From an uncultured Candidatus Poseidoniales archaeon (GTDB lineage Archaea > Thermoplasmatota > Poseidoniia > Poseidoniales > Poseidoniaceae), in assembly GCA_963997415.1 (NCBI GenBank), contig CAXEMN010000005.1:2647-66646 (forward strand): a DNA stretch of 64,000 nt, in the 5' to 3' direction. Within the stretch, counting starts at the first letter, position 1; each line of letters opens with the position of its first letter. The notes under the pieces were generated by a model. The model worked only from the letters and a program-made list of their open reading frames with translations. It was not told where the DNA came from and searched no databases. The position numbers and the translations under genes were made by a program. Of the stretch, positions 24,758 to 34,065 are shown in pieces.

Positions 24758-26338
24758 ATGCGAGTCAGAGCGATACTCCTGTGTTTCTTGGTTGCCACCG
24801 TTTCCCTTTCGGGATGTTTTGGCGCTGAAGAAGTGGAAATAGAGGAAGAAGTGGTGATTGTTGAAGATCAGCGGACATTTGTCACAGATAAATACGGCAA
24901 TGACACCGATGTGGCCCCGCTCAACATGGAATTTCAATTCAGTGATGTTGGTGAAACCGGAAAGGAGCCCAGCATTGGCATCACCTCCAGTGGTTGTATC
25001 TTTTTCATCGCCATGGAGAAAGTGATGAGGTCGTGCGATTATGGCGAGGCGTGGGAGGAAACACAAGATCCGGTCCAATGCTCGCCAACCACAAGCGATC
25101 CTTATGGATGGGTGGACCCAATTACAGACCGGATTTTCAATGTCCAGATGATTGGACTCGAAACTTCATGGATCTGTTGGAGCGATGATGACGGCGATAC
25201 ATGGCTTGGAAACCCACACGACTCAGGCACGACTCCAATCAATGATCACATCAAATTAGCAAGCGGACCCTGGACCAACACCGGCCCATATGCTGCGATC
25301 GGCGCTTTGACGACCAACCTATACGAGACAGCAGTGTACTACTGCTACAACAAACTCGTCGGCATTTTCTGCTTCACCAGTTTTGATGGTGGAGCTACCT
25401 TTGAAACGGGTGGGCAGATCATTGGATTAGCGACCACAAATGGAGGTCTGCACGGCGCCATCTCGACGGCCCCTGATGGCACAGTCTACGTCACGCCGCG
25501 GGTTGAAACGCCAACCGTGATCGTTTCGAAAGACAATGGCTTTTCGTGGTTCGAACGTTCAATGGGCGAGGATGCAGGGACGCCATACCCAAGAAAGAAT
25601 TCAGAAGTTTCAGCAGATACAGCCTCAAACGCCTATCACGTTTGGACCGGTGCTGACGAAGGCGTCTACATGTCACGCTCGATCGATTCGGGTGAAACTT
25701 GGGAACAGGAGAGCATTAGAATTTCACCCGCAGGTGTCATTTCAACCGTCTTTCCCCAAACCGATGCTGGTGACCCTGGGCGAATTGCCATCACCTACCT
25801 TGGAAGCGAAAATTCTGAACTGCTTGGTGAATCAAACATCGATGGAAGTCCTTGGGATGGAAACGCACACTATGCTCCAAACAATGTGACCTACCACCTC
25901 TACATCACCTACAGCCTCAATGCTCTTGATGAGAACCCTATTTTCCACACTCAACGAGTGACTGATGATCCTGTTCAGATTGGTTCCATTTGCCTCAATT
26001 CAGGCGATTGCAGGGACATTGGAGGTTCAAATCGAAACCTCCTTGACTTCAATGACTTGCATATCGATCGAGAAGGACGAGTCTATGTTGCGTTTGCTGA
26101 CGGCTGCACAGGTGATTGTGCAACGAATGAGAATGCGAGTGCTGAAGATTCGAGGGATGGAAGAGGCTCAGTTTACTATCTAGCGAGTGGTCCAAGTCTC
26201 CTTGAAGCATTTGACCAAATGGATCCACTTCTTGCAACGACCAGCAACGCCCAACCTCACGAGCCTTGTCAGGCAGAACCTTGCAAGCGAACCCGTGAGG
26301 ATGATCGTGAAGGAACATCAGCATCTTCTGAGGCTTGA
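24758..26338 (+). CDS. Secreted/lipid-anchored BNR (Asp-box) repeat beta-propeller protein, sialidase-like fold
   Basis: Signal peptide plus lipobox-like MRVRAILLCFLVATVSLSGC. Five Asp-box-like motifs: SCDYGEAW, SDDDGDTW, SFDGGATF, SKDNGFSW, SIDSGETW. Confidence 0.75.
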   Translation: MRVRAILLCFLVATVSLSGCFGAEEVEIEEEVVIVEDQRTFVTDKYGNDTDVAPLNMEFQFSDVGETGKEPSIGITSSGCIFFIAMEKVMRSCDYGEAWEETQDPVQCSPTTSDPYGWVDPITDRIFNVQMIGLETSWICWSDDDGDTWLGNPHDSGTTPINDHIKLASGPWTNTGPYAAIGALTTNLYETAVYYCYNKLVGIFCFTSFDGGATFETGGQIIGLATTNGGLHGAISTAPDGTVYVTPRVETPTVIVSKDNGFSWFERSMGEDAGTPYPRKNSEVSADTASNAYHVWTGADEGVYMSRSIDSGETWEQESIRISPAGVISTVFPQTDAGDPGRIAITYLGSENSELLGESNIDGSPWDGNAHYAPNNVTYHLYITYSLNALDENPIFHTQRVTDDPVQIGSICLNSGDCRDIGGSNRNLLDFNDLHIDREGRVYVAFADGCTGDCATNENASAEDSRDGRGSVYYLASGPSLLEAFDQMDPLLATTSNAQPHEPCQAEPCKRTREDDREGTSASSEA

Positions 26339-26350
26339 ACTTCGACTGCT

Positions 26351-26692
26351 CTACTCATCCATTTTCATTTGCAGATCTACCGCTCCAGTGCCGTGCTGCA
26401 AGTGCTCAACCATGGCGGCAACAGCGTCTTCGCCTTCCAATGTGTACCATATGCCCTCAGGATATATGACGGCAGTTGTGCCGAATTCACAAAAGTCAAG
26501 GCAACCTGATTTCTGAACCCTTACATCGTGCAAACCCGCTTCCTTTGCTGCCCGTTTGATGGATTGCATAAGCGCCAAACTCCCTCGGCGTGAACATGAG
26601 GGGCGTGCTGAACCTTCGGGTCGTTCGTGCCCGCAGACAAACATATGTTGTCGATACCCAGGTTCTGTCCTGCCCTTTGGATCGGTAGGCAT
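26351..26692 (-). CDS. Thioredoxin-like [2Fe-2S] ferredoxin
   Basis: HMFVCGHERP...RPSCSRRGS...SGCLDFCEFGTTAVIYPEGIWY is the four-Cys pattern of (2Fe-2S) ferredoxin-like proteins with a thioredoxin fold. Confidence 0.8.
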   Translation of the reverse strand: MPTDPKGRTEPGYRQHMFVCGHERPEGSARPSCSRRGSLALMQSIKRAAKEAGLHDVRVQKSGCLDFCEFGTTAVIYPEGIWYTLEGEDAVAAMVEHLQHGTGAVDLQMKMDE

Positions 26693-26696
26693 CGCT

Positions 26697-26945
26697 TCAA
26701 TCCTCCATTAAAGCATTGATACGCCGAGCCATTTCGGTATCTTTTTCAGTGATTTTTTCCTCATCATGAGTGAATAATTCCACAACGACATAGCCCCATC
26801 CAAGATGGAGATCAGGATGATGATTAACTTCTTCAGCAACCATTGAAATCAGATCGACGAAGTTCTTTGCGGATGAAAAGTTTGGAAATTCGAACTCCCT
26901 CATCAAGCGTTGCTCAACAATGGCCCATCCCGTGGGGGCGTCCAT
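26697..26945 (-). CDS. Pterin-4a-carbinolamine dehydratase (PCD/DCoH)
   Basis: GWAIVEQRLMREFEFPNFSSAKNFVDLISMVAEEVNHHPDLHLGWGYVVVELFTHD. ATG 26945 was preferred because ATG 27005 would overlap the upstream gene by 56 nt. Confidence 0.88.
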   Translation of the reverse strand: MDAPTGWAIVEQRLMREFEFPNFSSAKNFVDLISMVAEEVNHHPDLHLGWGYVVVELFTHDEEKITEKDTEMARRINALMED

Positions 26946-26949
26946 TGGT

Positions 26950-27393
26950 TCAGCCCCATAGATGTGAATCGTCGCTGCCCTTGCTTTCTTTCTCGACCTT
27001 TTCATGCAAACTTGAACGACGCTTCATGTCTGCGCGTTCAAAGGCAAGGAGATCTTTGTCATCGATGTAAGCAGGCCGAGTATGAGCTGTGAGTACGATT
27101 CGTGTGATGATGTCTCGTGCAACGAAATGGGTTTGACCATCTTCTCCAAGCAACTCGATGCTTGTCTTGCCAGATGCAAGCAGTCGCCCTCGAATCCAAG
27201 CGTCTTCATCGTCACGCAGTGCACGAGCATCCATCAGGATTTCAACGAAATCATCACGACGAAGTCCATGACGACGTTTTAGCAGGTCACCGTTGATGAC
27301 ATCCGCAACCTCATCGAGGTCAGGCGAACCCATATCCTTCCACATCTGTGTCGCCCAATCAGGGAGGGTTGTGTTCTGCTTTTTCTTCGCCAT
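26950..27393 (-). CDS. Hypothetical protein (147 aa), no family recognised
   Basis: The ORF has a plausible composition. Its stop lies 4 nt upstream of the PCD start, suggesting co-transcription. Confidence 0.5.
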   Translation of the reverse strand: MAKKKQNTTLPDWATQMWKDMGSPDLDEVADVINGDLLKRRHGLRRDDFVEILMDARALRDDEDAWIRGRLLASGKTSIELLGEDGQTHFVARDIITRIVLTAHTRPAYIDDKDLLAFERADMKRRSSLHEKVEKESKGSDDSHLWG

Positions 27394-27521
27394 GGCCTAA
27401 GGTACAAGGCGAGGCTACTTGAACCTCGCTCCTGTTCTCAGTTGCACCAAAGGCTGAAAATCCTCGATTTAGGGGTATGCATTCTTGAAGGGTGGGCCAC
27501 CGGCAGAAGACGGGGGAGAAG

Positions 27522-28640
27522 ATGAAAGTCTCGTGGCGAACGCTTCCAACCGTCCTCCTTGAGGATGAAGTGCTTGACAAGGCCTTCTCACGTGCCCGCA
27601 AAGCAGCAGATAGGGTTGACGACTCCGATCGCATTTTCAGGGTTCGAAAGCAGATGAGTCGAATGGTTCAAACGGCCGCTGATGTCATCTCTACCACCTT
27701 CATGGACACCGTCAATATGTGGCCATCACTTGACCAATCACCAAAATTCGATGTGGCCATGATTGACGCTTGCGTTGGTTGTGATGATTACCGCCACCAT
27801 TTATCGATGCTCCAATGGGCTTCCAAGCAGGTGCTGAATATTGCTGGCCAGAACAGTAAGAAAATCATTCGAACAGCGCGAACTGATTTGATGCACGATG
27901 CACGTAAGGAGGCTTATGGACGAATCTCATCCATCATGCGACGAGTCAAACCTTCCTTACTTTGGTTGAGTCAGGCTCGTGAGACGCTTAAACGCCTGCC
28001 AACCATCGATCAGGTCTTACCTTGTATCGTCGTGTGTGGTGCTCCAAACGTCGGTAAATCAGCATTCATTTCTGCACTAAGTTCTGGAAACATGGAAGTC
28101 AATCACTATCCATTCACCACAAAACAAATTCACGTAGGCCACTTCACTCATCGACGTTTGCAGTATCAGATGGTCGATACACCTGGTCTTCTTGACCGCC
28201 CAAGAACGGCTCGAAATACAATCGAACTTCAAGCCATTGCTGCGCTCGAACACATCGGGTCGCTTGTGCTGTTTTTGATGGATGAAAGCGAAGCATGTGG
28301 CACCTCACTTGATGAGCAGATGCACCTTTTGGAGGATGTACAGGCCATGCTCCCTGGGACCGACTTGATGGTTGTGACTTCGAAAGCTGATTTGTTGAAT
28401 CCTTTGCCCGACATGTGGGATGAAGTGGCGGCCGCAGAATCAGAATGGCGAGAGGATGGTTCGGAAGGGACACCCGATTTACCACTCCTGCTTGACCCCA
28501 AGGGCAGAGTTACCATGTCTGCTACAGAATTCATTGGCATGGACGCCATGCGAATGGAAATCATTCGTCGCATCAAAGATGCACGTCAAATTGATCCCAT
28601 GGCTTTGCCAGAGGGCTGGTATAGACGTGACCAAGAATGA
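27522..28640 (+). CDS. NOG1-family GTPase (archaeal Nog1-like)
   Basis: NOG1-type N-terminal helical domain followed by G1 CGAPNVGKSAF, G2 YPFTT, G3 VDTPGLLDRP and G4 TSKAD. GGGGGAG precedes ATG 27522. The ORF-track start at 27492 is a GTG. Confidence 0.85.
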   Translation: MKVSWRTLPTVLLEDEVLDKAFSRARKAADRVDDSDRIFRVRKQMSRMVQTAADVISTTFMDTVNMWPSLDQSPKFDVAMIDACVGCDDYRHHLSMLQWASKQVLNIAGQNSKKIIRTARTDLMHDARKEAYGRISSIMRRVKPSLLWLSQARETLKRLPTIDQVLPCIVVCGAPNVGKSAFISALSSGNMEVNHYPFTTKQIHVGHFTHRRLQYQMVDTPGLLDRPRTARNTIELQAIAALEHIGSLVLFLMDESEACGTSLDEQMHLLEDVQAMLPGTDLMVVTSKADLLNPLPDMWDEVAAAESEWREDGSEGTPDLPLLLDPKGRVTMSATEFIGMDAMRMEIIRRIKDARQIDPMALPEGWYRRDQE

Positions 28641-28642
28641 AC

Positions 28643-30424
28643 TCACATATGTTCGATCGGGACAATGCCTAATCCTTCCATACCGGTTCGCATCATTCGT
28701 CGTGCCACTTCTGAAATCTGTAGATTAAAGGTGTTCACTTTACCATCAATGACAATCATACAGTCTCTATAGAATGAGTTGAAGCAAGTCGACAACTGAA
28801 GAAGATGGTTGGCGAAGAGGTGAGGTCGAAGGTCATTGACTGCTTTGGATAACACATCGTTATGCACAGCAAGCGCCCGAAGCAAACCGATCATCCCTGG
28901 TGGCATTGAGTCTGGCAACTCAATGTTTGTTTTTGCCAATTCAGCATCGATGTCGACGCCTTCTGCCTGACAGCGTCGCACAATGGAGCACGCTCGGACA
29001 TGAGAGTACATGATGAAAGGTGCAGAACCGCCTTCAAAGGCAAGGGCCTCTTCCCATCTGAAGGTAAATCCTTTTTCTGGACTGACCTTAATGATGTTAA
29101 ATCGGACCGCTGATTTACCTGCAGCGTCGGCAATTCGCTCGACTTGTTCCTTTTCATAATCCGGACGCAGAACTCCTACCACGGCAGCAGCTTGCTCTTG
29201 TGCTTCTTCGAGGAGGTCATCCATGAAGACAACATTTCCCTTACGCGTCGACATTTTACCCTCTGGGAGTTTGATGAATGAATAAAACAGAACCTCTGGA
29301 ACATTTTGGCCCAGCTCGGTGAGGGTCATACCCACTTGCTTTGCCTGCAACTTGTGGTCTTCACCTAAGACATTGATCAAATCGTCACACTGTTGCCATT
29401 TCCACATGTGGTATGCAATGTCTCGCGTTGCATAGAGGGATGACCCATCGCCACGGCGGAAGAAAAATTCAGTCTTCCCTTTGAGTCCACGTGCGCCAAG
29501 ATCCAAGAATTCCGCACCATTCTCAGCAGTGCCATGGATGTCAAAGTCTCGGAATTGTTCCATCAATCGGCCGACATCACCATTGGTGACAAACATCGAC
29601 TCTTTGGTGAACGTGTCGAATTCAATGCCCAAACGAGCAAGCGTCATCAGCATGCCATCAAGTACAGGCTGGTAGGCAGCCTCGAACTGATCAAGCACAC
29701 CTTGGTCTCCATGCTCGCTTGCATGAACCATGCGACCGATTTCCTGTTCAATGGCCTCTTTATCCTCTCGTTCTTGACGAACCACTTGCGCTGCTTGGTA
29801 CCAACGGACTCGTTCATGATCCGCTTTGCCTTTCCACTTTGGATTGAGCCTCTCTCGTCCATTGAGCGTTGCACTCACATCATCTTCACTCAGATGAGCA
29901 AGTGCCCAAGCGAGCACGCCAACCTGCTTCCCCATGTCATCGACATAGTATTCCGCTCGAACTTCATTCCCAAATAAACGATGTAAACGGACAAGTGAAT
30001 CGCCCAAGATGGCGTTTCGTGCTCTGCCGACATGAAACGGTCCATTGGGGTTAGCAGAGGTGTGCTCAATGAGGATCTTTCGCCCAGTAGGTTGGCATTC
30101 TCCGAACGGGTGGCCTTGGGTTTGTGGTGAATTGAGGATTGTTCGAGCAAGCCATGTTGGACTTGCTTTGATGTTGAGGTAGCCTGCCACTGCGTTGACT
30201 TCACCAATGGCTTCGTGCTTAGGTATTGCTGCAGCAATCAATTCAGCGATGACAGGTGGTGCCTTGCCAAGTTGTTTGGCAAATGGAAAACATGGTAATG
30301 AGATGTCACCCTGTTCAAGTTCTCGTGAAGGTGCAAGCATGTTTTTCCAATGATCGTTGACCACGCCAACCTCGTTCAAAGCCTCCTCAATCAAGGGCTC
30401 AATCACTGTTTTCAGCATCTGCAT
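28643..30424 (-). CDS. argS: Arginyl-tRNA synthetase
   Basis: SANPNGPFHVGRARNAILGD (HIGH), MSTRKG (KMSK-like), and a C-terminal anticodon-binding domain ending ...VPIEHM. Confidence 0.95.
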   Translation of the reverse strand: MQMLKTVIEPLIEEALNEVGVVNDHWKNMLAPSRELEQGDISLPCFPFAKQLGKAPPVIAELIAAAIPKHEAIGEVNAVAGYLNIKASPTWLARTILNSPQTQGHPFGECQPTGRKILIEHTSANPNGPFHVGRARNAILGDSLVRLHRLFGNEVRAEYYVDDMGKQVGVLAWALAHLSEDDVSATLNGRERLNPKWKGKADHERVRWYQAAQVVRQEREDKEAIEQEIGRMVHASEHGDQGVLDQFEAAYQPVLDGMLMTLARLGIEFDTFTKESMFVTNGDVGRLMEQFRDFDIHGTAENGAEFLDLGARGLKGKTEFFFRRGDGSSLYATRDIAYHMWKWQQCDDLINVLGEDHKLQAKQVGMTLTELGQNVPEVLFYSFIKLPEGKMSTRKGNVVFMDDLLEEAQEQAAAVVGVLRPDYEKEQVERIADAAGKSAVRFNIIKVSPEKGFTFRWEEALAFEGGSAPFIMYSHVRACSIVRRCQAEGVDIDAELAKTNIELPDSMPPGMIGLLRALAVHNDVLSKAVNDLRPHLFANHLLQLSTCFNSFYRDCMIVIDGKVNTFNLQISEVARRMMRTGMEGLGIVPIEHM

Positions 30425-30433
30425 TGAATCACC

Positions 30434-31681
30434 TCACATCATTGGGTATCGGCAAAGAGCAGCTAAACCACCAAAGCCATTGAGCAGTTGTGAACCTTCT
30501 TCGGTATCCACTGAAATATAGATGATTTCAGTGTTGCTTCGCTCAGCCATTTTGCCAAGGTCATCGATCAGTGAAACGCTGTTCAATTCCTTGGCATTGT
30601 CGCCGGATGCATCGCATGAAGGGCAACTTGGTAACGCTTCCATTCGTCCCACAGTGGCCGTCCATTCATGCTTACAGGAGCCACATTGAAGCGAAATGGT
30701 ATTCTTTCTCAGACCTTCTGAAATTAACAATTTGTCAATCGCACCACGTCCGAGCGCATCTCGGACCATCACCTCACCATAGGTTGCACGAGGTGCTGCT
30801 TTGATGAGTTCAGAAAGGAATGAATTCATCACTTGGCGTTCAGCATCAAGTTCAATTTCTCCCATCAATGCACCTGCATTTTCGACAAGTTCTCGAACAC
30901 CACTTTCGTTCGAGTAGCCAACGTCGAAGTGTGTTTTTGCTATTTTCTTAGCGACTTCGTGGTGGAAGTACTCGTTTTTGACGACGAAATCCTTTGTCGC
31001 ACCAGGTCCACCAACGATGATCGCCTGAATGTTATCGAGGTTTGGAAGCCAATAATTGCAAGCATGCTCTGTGGCGCGCTTGAAGAAATTGTGCGCAGCC
31101 TCTTCGATCAACCGCTCGAAACGCTGAGCTGATTGACCACCTTGGCGGTGCTTGCCCATGATGTTGGAGACAAGGTGCTCTTGAACGTGAATTCGCTTCC
31201 CAGAAGCAATGCCAAAGGCTGCTTCACTGCGATCAATGACAAACAAACCGTATGATTTTTTGTCGACCAACATGTCTTCCAGTTGAGTCAGTTCAAAGAC
31301 GGAATCACACCGGTATCGAAACGACATGAGGGGTTGCGGAGGCTCTTCAACAACCACATTGACCATTCTGTTCTTGTTGTTTCCAATGATGATTGAACCA
31401 ACAAAGATCGCCAATCCATTTTCACCTGGATTCTTGTAGCGTGAAAGCGTCGAAATGGCCGACTCAATGGCGCCTTGAACATTTTTCCGTGTGCCTTTTG
31501 ACTTGATGTTAGCGGCTTGACCGTGTTCATTTTGAAGCAAAGAACGGGCATCTGAGATATGGCGGTCTGGTGGAATGATCAACGTGACCAATTCCGTGCC
31601 AAAGCCTTTCATTTCTCTCAAGTCTTCGAGTGCGAGTTTCAATCTGAGGCGTCGCGTGGCGAGAGTTGCATCGTCAGACAT
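30434..31681 (-). CDS. prf1: Peptide chain release factor aRF1
   Basis: NIKS motif (AANIKSKGTRKNV), GGQ motif (HRQGGQSAQRF), and a C-terminal zinc-ribbon insert CGSCKHEW...CPSC. Confidence 0.95.
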   Translation of the reverse strand: MSDDATLATRRLRLKLALEDLREMKGFGTELVTLIIPPDRHISDARSLLQNEHGQAANIKSKGTRKNVQGAIESAISTLSRYKNPGENGLAIFVGSIIIGNNKNRMVNVVVEEPPQPLMSFRYRCDSVFELTQLEDMLVDKKSYGLFVIDRSEAAFGIASGKRIHVQEHLVSNIMGKHRQGGQSAQRFERLIEEAAHNFFKRATEHACNYWLPNLDNIQAIIVGGPGATKDFVVKNEYFHHEVAKKIAKTHFDVGYSNESGVRELVENAGALMGEIELDAERQVMNSFLSELIKAAPRATYGEVMVRDALGRGAIDKLLISEGLRKNTISLQCGSCKHEWTATVGRMEALPSCPSCDASGDNAKELNSVSLIDDLGKMAERSNTEIIYISVDTEEGSQLLNGFGGLAALCRYPMM

Positions 31682-31820
31682 CGCTTGGCCTCCGGTTCAA
31701 GGGCGTGGTTGAGGGGTCTTCAACTCTCGTGTGATGGAACTCGGTGAACAAGGGAAGGTTGGGGGTTTCTCACTGGGTTCATGGGATATGCTCAAAGCAT
31801 GTGCGCGCAACGAAGGAGCG

Positions 31821-32528
31821 ATGACCACTCGTCACGTTGTTGCTTTGGGAGGAAGCCTTCTTCGCCCTGAAGAAGCAGAGCAACGAACAGAGTGGTTTGG
31901 TCGCCTACGGCAACTTGCCGTCCACATGGAGGGAAATGGTCGACGGCTTGCTATGGTTGTCGGCGGAGGTCTACCAGCACGCGAGGGCATCACGTTGGCG
32001 CGTACCCTCGTCAGCGACACCCATCGTTTGGATGAAGTTGGTATTGCAGCAACCCGTCTCAATGCGACGGTCATCCAACAAGTCCTTCTCGACATTGGAT
32101 GCGATGTTGCTCCGGTCATTCCAACCACAACAAGCGATGCGGCGTCACTTATGGATGTCCATCACATTGTCATCATGGGGGGTACGACACCAGGTCACAC
32201 CACGGACGCGGTTGCAGTGGCCCTCGCTCGTGATACGGGAGCCAGCCATTGTATCATTGCAACCAATGTCAGCCATGTCTTCGATAAAGATCCAAGGCAT
32301 AACGAAGATGCCATCTCCTTTTCCACAATGTCAATCGATGAATTGGCTGAGATTACAGGCATAGGTGCGCCATTGGCGCCGGGTGCTTCTGCAGTGATTG
32401 ATCCTGTTGCGGTAGGTTGGGCGAAATCCGCCGATCTACGTCTTGCTGTTCTTGATGGGCGGGACCTTTCCCTGCTTGAACACGCTCTTGACGGGAAACC
32501 GTTTGATGGAACACTGATCTTACCCTAG
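31821..32528 (+). CDS. pyrH: Uridylate (UMP) kinase, archaeal type
   Basis: HVVALGGSLL, MVVGGG and IMGGTTPGHTTDAVAVALA motifs, about 235 aa. ATG 31821 is preceded by AAGGAG. Confidence 0.9.
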   Translation: MTTRHVVALGGSLLRPEEAEQRTEWFGRLRQLAVHMEGNGRRLAMVVGGGLPAREGITLARTLVSDTHRLDEVGIAATRLNATVIQQVLLDIGCDVAPVIPTTTSDAASLMDVHHIVIMGGTTPGHTTDAVAVALARDTGASHCIIATNVSHVFDKDPRHNEDAISFSTMSIDELAEITGIGAPLAPGASAVIDPVAVGWAKSADLRLAVLDGRDLSLLEHALDGKPFDGTLILP

Positions 32529-32535
32529 GTGATGA

Positions 32536-32808
32536 ATGATGGTTGATGCAAGCAAGGTGAAGAGCAATCTGCAGAGAATGACCAACAAAGTGGTGTCCTC
32601 TGCCTCAGGAAAGATTCAGCCACACAAGCACTGCAGAGTTTGTTTTAAGCCGATTAAATTGTCAGCAGAGCCTCGAGTTTGCTCAGACCAAGCCTGTATT
32701 GACAAGAACGCAAGGGATGAAAAAAATCAACGCCAAATGAGAATTTGGATGTTTGTGTTCCTCGGCATCTTTGCCTTCAGTTTCATCGGACCACTGCTGC
32801 TTAGGTAG
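32536..32808 (+). CDS. Small zinc-ribbon protein with a C-terminal TM helix (DUF2116-like)
   Basis: HKHCRVCFKPI...RVCSDQACIDK followed by MRIWMFVFLGIFAFSFIGPLLL. Confidence 0.55.
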   Translation: MMVDASKVKSNLQRMTNKVVSSASGKIQPHKHCRVCFKPIKLSAEPRVCSDQACIDKNARDEKNQRQMRIWMFVFLGIFAFSFIGPLLLR

Positions 32809-33313
32809 AGTCTTCAAACTCGTTAAGCATGGCCTTTGAAGCCTCAACATCACCCGTTCCAGTGATGCCTGCGGCTTTGACTTGATCACCAATTGCAAAC
32901 AATTCAGTTAACGCTTCTTCGATCGACTTGGTTTGTTTCAAGAACCTCATCGCGGGCCATCCACAATCGATGACACCAGGCTCGTGAGTGCTTTCTTCAA
33001 CCCACGCCGCACATGCTTCCCCATAGCAAAGGGCAGAGAAGTTCTCAAGGTCCACCCAAAATGTCTTCCGACTGCATACAGGGCAGGTTTTGCATTCGAG
33101 TGTAGCGAGCACAGTGAGTCCATGTTCACCAATGACATCAATGTCCCAAACGACGACACTCGCCGATTCCAAAAGCATCTGATCGCTTTTCTTGAGAAAA
33201 CTCCGAAGAACGCCCCATGCGGTCTCCTCTGAGCTGAAGCAGCCTAAGGAGAGTGCATTGCCTCCTTCTTCAATCGCAGACGGCACAAACACCCGTTGGA
33301 TTTGCTCCGCCAT
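32801..33313 (-). CDS. Hypothetical Cys-rich protein (170 aa)
   Basis: ORF with a putative metal-binding cluster LECKTCPVCSRK...ALCYGEACAAW. Its 3' end overlaps the convergent small gene by 8 nt. Confidence 0.45.
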   Translation of the reverse strand: MAEQIQRVFVPSAIEEGGNALSLGCFSSEETAWGVLRSFLKKSDQMLLESASVVVWDIDVIGEHGLTVLATLECKTCPVCSRKTFWVDLENFSALCYGEACAAWVEESTHEPGVIDCGWPAMRFLKQTKSIEEALTELFAIGDQVKAAGITGTGDVEASKAMLNEFEDST

Positions 33314-33349
33314 GGTGGCTGTTTGCTTAGCCAGTGTTTGAAGGCTCGG

Positions 33350-33712
33350 TTAGGAGCGAGCCCAATCGACCTCGATTACAGGCAAACCACCGGGATGCGG
33401 CAAGGGTGCATTTGGCTTTTCAATTCGAACATGAATTGTAGCCACAAGTTCGTTTCCATTCAATCGTTGAATGATTTGGTTTGCCATTTGTTCCATCAAG
33501 GCAATAGGTTCGGGGCTGTTGTGCATGACCTCATCAATGGCCACTTGGATGTCAGCGTAATTGACGGTTTTTGCCAATTGATCGGCAACCTCGTCATTGA
33601 GAAGGCTGACCCACACAGTAAACACAAACGGTTGATCTTTGTCATGTTCGAACTCATAGTAGCCATGTTTGGCCATCACTGTATAGCGTTCCAATCCAAC
33701 TCGAACAGTCAT
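33350..33712 (-). CDS. folB: Dihydroneopterin aldolase (FolB-like)
   Basis: 120 aa. GYYEFEHDKDQPFVFTVWVSL...LAKTVNYADIQVAIDEVM...IALMEQMANQI follows the FolB pattern (E-x-x-x-x-Q-x-F, tvdY, L-x-E). Confidence 0.78.
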   Translation of the reverse strand: MTVRVGLERYTVMAKHGYYEFEHDKDQPFVFTVWVSLLNDEVADQLAKTVNYADIQVAIDEVMHNSPEPIALMEQMANQIIQRLNGNELVATIHVRIEKPNAPLPHPGGLPVIEVDWARS

Positions 33713-33720
33713 GAAATCCC

Positions 33721-34065
33721 TCAGGCTTGTTCTCGTTCATGGACCCAAATGAGATGGTATCCAAATTGAGTTTTAACTGGTTCAGAGACGGTGGCGATCT
33801 CATTGTTCCAGACTACTTCCTCGAATGGACGAACCATTTGCCCCTTTCGAAACCAACCTAAATCACCGCCTTTTTGGCTCGATGGACAGGTGCTTTTCTT
33901 CCTCGCCATCTTCTGAAAATCTTTCAATTTTGAGATTTTCTGACGCAATTGAACCGCTTCAGATTTTGACGGAACGAGGATGTGTGATGCCCATGCGCTT
34001 GGTGCGACCATGCTTGAAGGGCTGGACTGCATGCTTTCAAGCCGTCGCTTGTTTTTCTTGTTCAA
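33721..34065 (-). CDS. Parvulin-type peptidyl-prolyl cis-trans isomerase
   Basis: ASHILV, CPSSQKGGDLGWFRKGQMVRPFEE and PVKTQFGYHLIWV motifs. Confidence 0.9.
   Translation of the reverse strand: MNKKNKRRLESMQSSPSSMVAPSAWASHILVPSKSEAVQLRQKISKLKDFQKMARKKSTCPSSQKGGDLGWFRKGQMVRPFEEVVWNNEIATVSEPVKTQFGYHLIWVHEREQA

Noticed and set aside
27409-27429. 6-bp perfect hairpin GCGAGG-N9-CCTCGC in the divergent spacer between the 147-aa ORF and the NOG1-like GTPase gene
   Set aside because: It is short, isolated and has no flanking T-tract or repeat copy. It cannot be distinguished from chance.
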